A stretch of 20,000 bases of DNA, from IMG/VR virus record IMGVR_UViG_3300010355_000162; one strand, written 5' to 3'. The translations under genes were made by a program, and so were the position numbers. The notes beneath the pieces were generated by a model, which saw only the letters and a list, made by a program, of their open reading frames with translations, was not told the DNA's origin and did no database searches. The stretch's first letter is position 1. Each line of letters starts with the position of its first letter. The DNA is from an uncultured virus (IMG/VR IMGVR_UViG_3300010355_000162). Lineage: Duplodnaviria > Heunggongvirae > Uroviricota > Caudoviricetes. This document shows positions 15,708 through 20,000 of this stretch, piece after piece.

Positions 15708-15735
15708 TGTCGCGAGGTGCCGACCTATCTGTCAA
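15706..15735 (-). promoter_or_regulatory. Sigma70-like promoter for the post-portal cassette
   Basis: Minus strand TTGACA (15735-15730, overlapping the portal TGA), N18, GACAAT (15711-15706). Shares TTGACAGATAG with the promoter at 6794. Confidence 0.55.
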
Positions 15736-17753
15736 CCTGCCGGTAGGCGGTTCCTGGCGTCTTGACTCACTGGGACAGCACTGCGGCCATCCAGCGCTGG
15801 GGGTGTGACCGCGGGCGTCGGAGAGCCGACGATACGGTTAATCGTCTCGCGATCCTGCGGGTCTTCGAGGTAGCGGGTGTCCGCGCCGCGATCCCGCATG
15901 ATGTTCTTGACCAACTCAGCCACGAAACGCCCGTCGAGCTGCTGCCCGGACTCACGCAACGCACCGATAACCGCAGGCAGATACTGCAACAATTCGACCT
16001 GATGGGCCTTCTGTGCGTCCTGCGAGGCCACGCTCGTGAGCCCTTTGAGATCGACCGAGGCGTCAGCCTTGATACTCTCGTCCGGGTTGTACAGCATGTG
16101 GTAAACCCACAGGTCGCGGAACATCGGTAGGAAGCACTGCATATCCGCAGACACGGCGCGGTAGTTGATGACCTTCGTACTGTTGCCTTGTACGGTGTCA
16201 ACTGCCACGTTCGTGCGCATCCAGCTTGCCCCTTCGGACGCACCGGCCATCATGTAGTTCAGACCGGCATCGAGCTGCGCCATCTGGTCGTAGTGGTTGT
16301 ACAGTGCGATTAGCTCGCCGATCTTCGATGGGATCGACTGCATCGAGATTGCGTTCGGGGAACCACCGATCGGGCTATTCTCCGTGCGGTACAGCGCCCA
16401 CGGCGTGAGATGCTGCGGTGTGCTGCCGTCAGTGAATCGGCTGTTGTCGATCTCTGCGATTACACCGGCAGTGAACTCGGCGTTAACGACGAGGTCACGT
16501 GCGGCTTTACACGCAGCACGCTCGGCGTTGCTAACCTTGTCGTACAGGCCGTTCCCGTAGATCGTATCTGTCACAGGCTCATAGCTCGCGACGTAGAACG
16601 GACGCTTCTCCAACGGGTGCGCGTTAGGCTTCAGGAGTACGACGCGGCCATTGATGATCCACATACGCACGTCGTAGAGCTGGTTGTCTTGTATCTCGAT
16701 TTTGTTGGGGCGTGAGATCGACGTAACGCCGTACTCTTTCAGTTTCTTGCCGGTGATCTTGATGCACGTACGCAGCGTGCCGTACGTCCCGGAGATCGGA
16801 GCCGACGTAAAGATCGACGTACCTTCGGACAGGCCGCGCTCGTTGTCCGGCGTCGCGAGCATCCAGTCGGCACGAGCAAGGTCTTTCTCGGCGGACAGAA
16901 TGATCTCAAGGTTCGTCTTGATAGGACCGGGTTGCTCTTCATTGAGCATGCGGAAAAGCTCTTCGTGCGGGGTACTGCCGCGCACAAAGACCGCCCGTGA
17001 ATTGTTCGTGTTCGTGCCGTCGTTCGTGATCCAAAAGTCTAGGGGGCTAATCGCCTTAAATCCGAGCGGATACTCCTTGCTGACAACAGGCTTACCGTTC
17101 TTCCATTTCAAGGACGCCCGCTCGGTTACGACCGGGAACTCCATGATCGCGCCCCAGTACGTCGCGAAGTTCGTCCACCAGCGGAAATACTCTGCGAGGT
17201 AGTCCGCCTCGACCAACGAGTCCAGCATGGCGCTCTGCATCTTGCCGGTCGCGATCTCGCTCGACTTGTACAGGTCGCGCATCACGTTCGCTTTAACTTC
17301 TGCGACGCGCTCGCGCATGAAGTCCGGTGCGGCCTCGGGTGGTAGACCGGCATTGACCAAATCTTGAACGACTCGTTCAATCGCCTGCACCTTCATTTCC
17401 TCTGGCACCTCTGGCACCGGGGTGGGTTTCACCGTGAACTGACGCTCACCCGCGCTACTGACGCGGTCGAAGTGCCACGCAAGGAGAATCGCACGCAGGC
17501 GCGCAAACAGGCCGACATAGATGTCTACGCCGTTGATGACGCACTTGGCTTCAGGCGTGTACTCCATTTTCGAGGAGTAGAACGCACGGCGCATACGCTC
17601 ATCCACGCCCGACTGGACGCGGTAGCTTTTCGCCCGTGCGAACTCTTCAAGGACCGAATTACCGAGGGGGCAGTTTGGCAGCGTGAGTTCGTCCTCAAGC
17701 GCAGCCGTCAGGTCAACACTGCCGCCCAGGATTTTATTACTGTCGAGGCTCAC
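15732..17753 (-). CDS. Portal protein (P22-like podovirus type)
   Basis: 673 aa, directly after TerL, GGAG RBS and GTG start. Motifs ISPLDFW, NAHPLEKRPFYVASYE...IYGNGL and AARDLVVN are typical of large podovirus portals. Confidence 0.85.
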   Translation of the reverse strand: MSLDSNKILGGSVDLTAALEDELTLPNCPLGNSVLEEFARAKSYRVQSGVDERMRRAFYSSKMEYTPEAKCVINGVDIYVGLFARLRAILLAWHFDRVSSAGERQFTVKPTPVPEVPEEMKVQAIERVVQDLVNAGLPPEAAPDFMRERVAEVKANVMRDLYKSSEIATGKMQSAMLDSLVEADYLAEYFRWWTNFATYWGAIMEFPVVTERASLKWKNGKPVVSKEYPLGFKAISPLDFWITNDGTNTNNSRAVFVRGSTPHEELFRMLNEEQPGPIKTNLEIILSAEKDLARADWMLATPDNERGLSEGTSIFTSAPISGTYGTLRTCIKITGKKLKEYGVTSISRPNKIEIQDNQLYDVRMWIINGRVVLLKPNAHPLEKRPFYVASYEPVTDTIYGNGLYDKVSNAERAACKAARDLVVNAEFTAGVIAEIDNSRFTDGSTPQHLTPWALYRTENSPIGGSPNAISMQSIPSKIGELIALYNHYDQMAQLDAGLNYMMAGASEGASWMRTNVAVDTVQGNSTKVINYRAVSADMQCFLPMFRDLWVYHMLYNPDESIKADASVDLKGLTSVASQDAQKAHQVELLQYLPAVIGALRESGQQLDGRFVAELVKNIMRDRGADTRYLEDPQDRETINRIVGSPTPAVTPPALDGRSAVPVSQDARNRLPAG

Positions 17754-17805
17754 GTTTCACTCCGTCAATTGATCCGCGGAACATAACAGAACACGCGCTT
17801 ATCGG

Positions 17806-19320
17806 TCAAACAAGCCCGTGGCTGCGGTGCACCGCTGGCTGGCCTGTGCTGGGTTTCTCACTCTTCGCGCCGTATATCAGGTACCCGATCACGTACTGCA
17901 ACGCGTCATGCACGTGTGATGTCTCCGACTTCATGGCGTCGGGCTCGGCCTTGTACGCGTCGGTGCCGCGCAGTTTCTCGAACGCGTACTGACCGCGGAA
18001 CCCGCTAACCAGCTGCGGACAGCCGAGAATATCCACCTGCAACATGCGCTTGATGAGTAGTTTCGCCACCTCGTCGCGGCGTCGTTTCGGGTCTTGTGTC
18101 GGTGCGTACACGCACTTGAACCCGAGCTTCATCAGCATCGCCTTCGCGGTGAACCCGGTGCGGTCGCGTCCGTCTGCGGGGTCAAGGATAAGCTCGACTT
18201 CACGTCGGCTGATCCCGATCGCCGCGATCCGCGGTATCAGGAAGTCGTGTATCCACTCTTCGAGTACGTAGGTACCGTGGTAAATCTCCTCGGTCACAGA
18301 GAACATACCCGCGCCGACCTGCACGAACACAGCTGCTGGGTGCACACCGGAGTGGTCAAGCCCGATGTACAGGCGTCGGTGCGCCGACGTTACTACTTTC
18401 GTCTTGGTCAGGTGGTACTCGTCCGCCCATGCAGGATAGACAGGCTTACCTTCGACACTGGACCCGTATTCCCCGAAGATATTAACCTTCAAGGTACCCT
18501 GTTTACCCGGCAACGCGTTGAGTGTACGGGCGTCTTTCAGCCAGTAGTCGTAGCCGCTCGGGTGTTTTTTCGCGTAGTCGGCCTCTGGATTCGGCAGGAA
18601 ATCAATGATCTTCCCCTCGGCGTCCAGGACCTTGAGCAGCGGCGGTGGATACGGGTAGAACTTCCAGTCGGGCGGGCACTTGCCCTTCATCTCCAACTCG
18701 TAGAGCCAGTGCAAGTCGTCCGGTGGGTTGTAGTCGCACAGGATCAAGCGCTCACCCTTGTAGCTGACCTCGGCTACGTCACCGTGCTCATCACGCTGCG
18801 CCATCGGGTACCGGCCAAGACGCTGGTAGACCTCGGTCACGATCCAGCTGCCGTCGTAATACTGGACCTCGTTGATGAACGCGCACGTCGCCTCGAACGA
18901 CTTGAGCTTCGACACCTCTTCCTCTGAGCCCACGCCCATGAACACCCATTCGATGAGCACGGTGCGGTCTTCGCCGTCCACCTCGCCCACGAACGGAACG
19001 TCCCGGATCACGATCGGGTACAGCATCGAAGTCAGGTCGTCCGTGACCTCACCAAACCACGCCCGAAAGGTCGCGAGCGTCGTGGCCTTCAGCTTCGTCT
19101 GGTCTTGGCGCACGACGAGCACACGTGCCCGCCCCGGTGATCCGTCAGGATTCGGCGGTACGACACGCAGGCAGAACTCTGCGCACCCGAACAGGCACGC
19201 CACAGATTTACCGGTACCGACCGCCGAGCGCAGGAACTTGACCTGCGGCTTGTCGTCTTCCATGATCCGCCGAGTCGTAACGTCCTCGACGTACTGTAGC
19301 TCCAACACTCCATCACTCAC
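17806..19320 (-). CDS. terL: Terminase large subunit
   Basis: 504 aa. Walker A-like SAVGTGKS, VVRQ...LKATT, Walker B-like AFINE, coupling motif DYNPP, and RNase H-like nuclease motifs YIGLD...AAVF and SHVHDALQY. Confidence 0.93.
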   Translation of the reverse strand: MSDGVLELQYVEDVTTRRIMEDDKPQVKFLRSAVGTGKSVACLFGCAEFCLRVVPPNPDGSPGRARVLVVRQDQTKLKATTLATFRAWFGEVTDDLTSMLYPIVIRDVPFVGEVDGEDRTVLIEWVFMGVGSEEEVSKLKSFEATCAFINEVQYYDGSWIVTEVYQRLGRYPMAQRDEHGDVAEVSYKGERLILCDYNPPDDLHWLYELEMKGKCPPDWKFYPYPPPLLKVLDAEGKIIDFLPNPEADYAKKHPSGYDYWLKDARTLNALPGKQGTLKVNIFGEYGSSVEGKPVYPAWADEYHLTKTKVVTSAHRRLYIGLDHSGVHPAAVFVQVGAGMFSVTEEIYHGTYVLEEWIHDFLIPRIAAIGISRREVELILDPADGRDRTGFTAKAMLMKLGFKCVYAPTQDPKRRRDEVAKLLIKRMLQVDILGCPQLVSGFRGQYAFEKLRGTDAYKAEPDAMKSETSHVHDALQYVIGYLIYGAKSEKPSTGQPAVHRSHGLV

Positions 19321-19994
19321 GCTGCAACTCCTACTTGACGCGTACGCGCCAGAAGCGCCCGGAGTATCGGGTCGTCATCTGTAGGCAGCGCCATGCTGAT
19401 TTTATCGGCCCGCTTGATACGTTTGGCTTTGTCCTCTGCCGCGATCTCTTCACGAGCAACGGCCCGGTTAGCTTCGATCGCCCGGACGTTCTTCTGGCGC
19501 TGTTCTTCCCACAGCTCGGCACGTATGGCTTCGCGCACCTTGATGGGGTCTGCATACTCACCGGGCCAGTTCATCACTTCCTGTATGCCGCGACTGAACA
19601 TGATCGGTGCTATCGCTACCAGCTCATCGAAGTCAGCGGGGCGGCTCTCGCAGCCCATGTGGGCCAGGATCGCGCTGTGTACTTTAAGTCCCCGACGCCG
19701 CAGCGCTGGGGGTAACCGAGGATCGTACGACACGAGGTCGCCGTCTTGGATCGTGGAAAACCCCTGTAGTCCCTCGCCCTCACCGCTACTTTCTACGGGG
19801 GATGATCCATCAGGGTCGTGTATGCCTTGCTCCTGGGACAACGGGTGGTTTGCGGCCTGATCCGTTGGAGCGGTACGATCCTCGGTTGATTGTTGGCTGG
19901 CGCTTGCGCGAGCAGCCATTGCATTGTAGTCTACTTTCGGACGTGTAGCAACCGTCTCTGTTTTCGGTACGTAGCCGGTCGCGACTTTCACCAC
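19317..19994 (-). CDS. Protein upstream of TerL, possibly the terminase small subunit; may be 5'-truncated
   Basis: GTGA overlap with terL and a helical C-terminal half. The frame stays open to the window edge (ATC CGT GTG), so the start is uncertain. Function is inferred from position only. Confidence 0.45.
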   Translation of the reverse strand: MVKVATGYVPKTETVATRPKVDYNAMAARASASQQSTEDRTAPTDQAANHPLSQEQGIHDPDGSSPVESSGEGEGLQGFSTIQDGDLVSYDPRLPPALRRRGLKVHSAILAHMGCESRPADFDELVAIAPIMFSRGIQEVMNWPGEYADPIKVREAIRAELWEEQRQKNVRAIEANRAVAREEIAAEDKAKRIKRADKISMALPTDDDPILRALLARTRQVGVAA

Positions 19995-20000
19995 ACGGAT

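Noticed and set aside
18865..18885. Walker B reads INE rather than DE, suggesting an inactive terminase
   Set aside because: The catalytic Glu is retained, NE variants occur in TerL families, and the other motifs are intact.
21..19860. Numerous plus-strand ORFs in the track (e.g. 3684..4457, 11983..12861, 18094..18927)
   Set aside because: They are antisense shadows of GC-rich minus-strand genes that already tile the window, with no recognisable motifs.
1..20000. Alternative genetic code, tRNA genes, integrase or att sites
   Set aside because: Genes tile cleanly with the standard code using all three stop codons, and no tRNA-like or recombinase sequence was recognised.

Overview
A 20-kb stretch of a tailed-phage (or prophage) late/virion region, GC-rich, with every credible gene on the minus strand. 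In transcription order (right to left): a possible terminase small subunit, terminase large subunit, and portal. Next comes an ~8.9-kb cassette of DUF11/Ig-like and cysteine-module fibre-like proteins, two small membrane proteins and small Cys-containing peptides. After it come a small head gene, scaffold, P22/T7-lineage-like major capsid protein, a putative capsid decoration protein, two hypotheticals, two podovirus-type adaptor/connector proteins, and a truncated Ig-like repeat protein missing from the ORF track. Three things stand out. (1) Cysteine is strongly enriched in the predicted outer virion proteins but not in scaffold or portal, and a small two-TM protein with a CxxC motif lies in the same region, suggesting a disulfide-crosslinked virion with a possible phage-encoded oxidase. 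(2) The portal-to-head interval is interrupted by a cassette bounded by two sigma70-like promoters that share TTGACAGATAG, with a terminator at its end. (3) The fibre-like paralogues share N-terminal, C-terminal and internal modules, and a 3x30-bp palindromic tandem repeat sits between them. All family calls are from motif recognition by eye; no searches were run.
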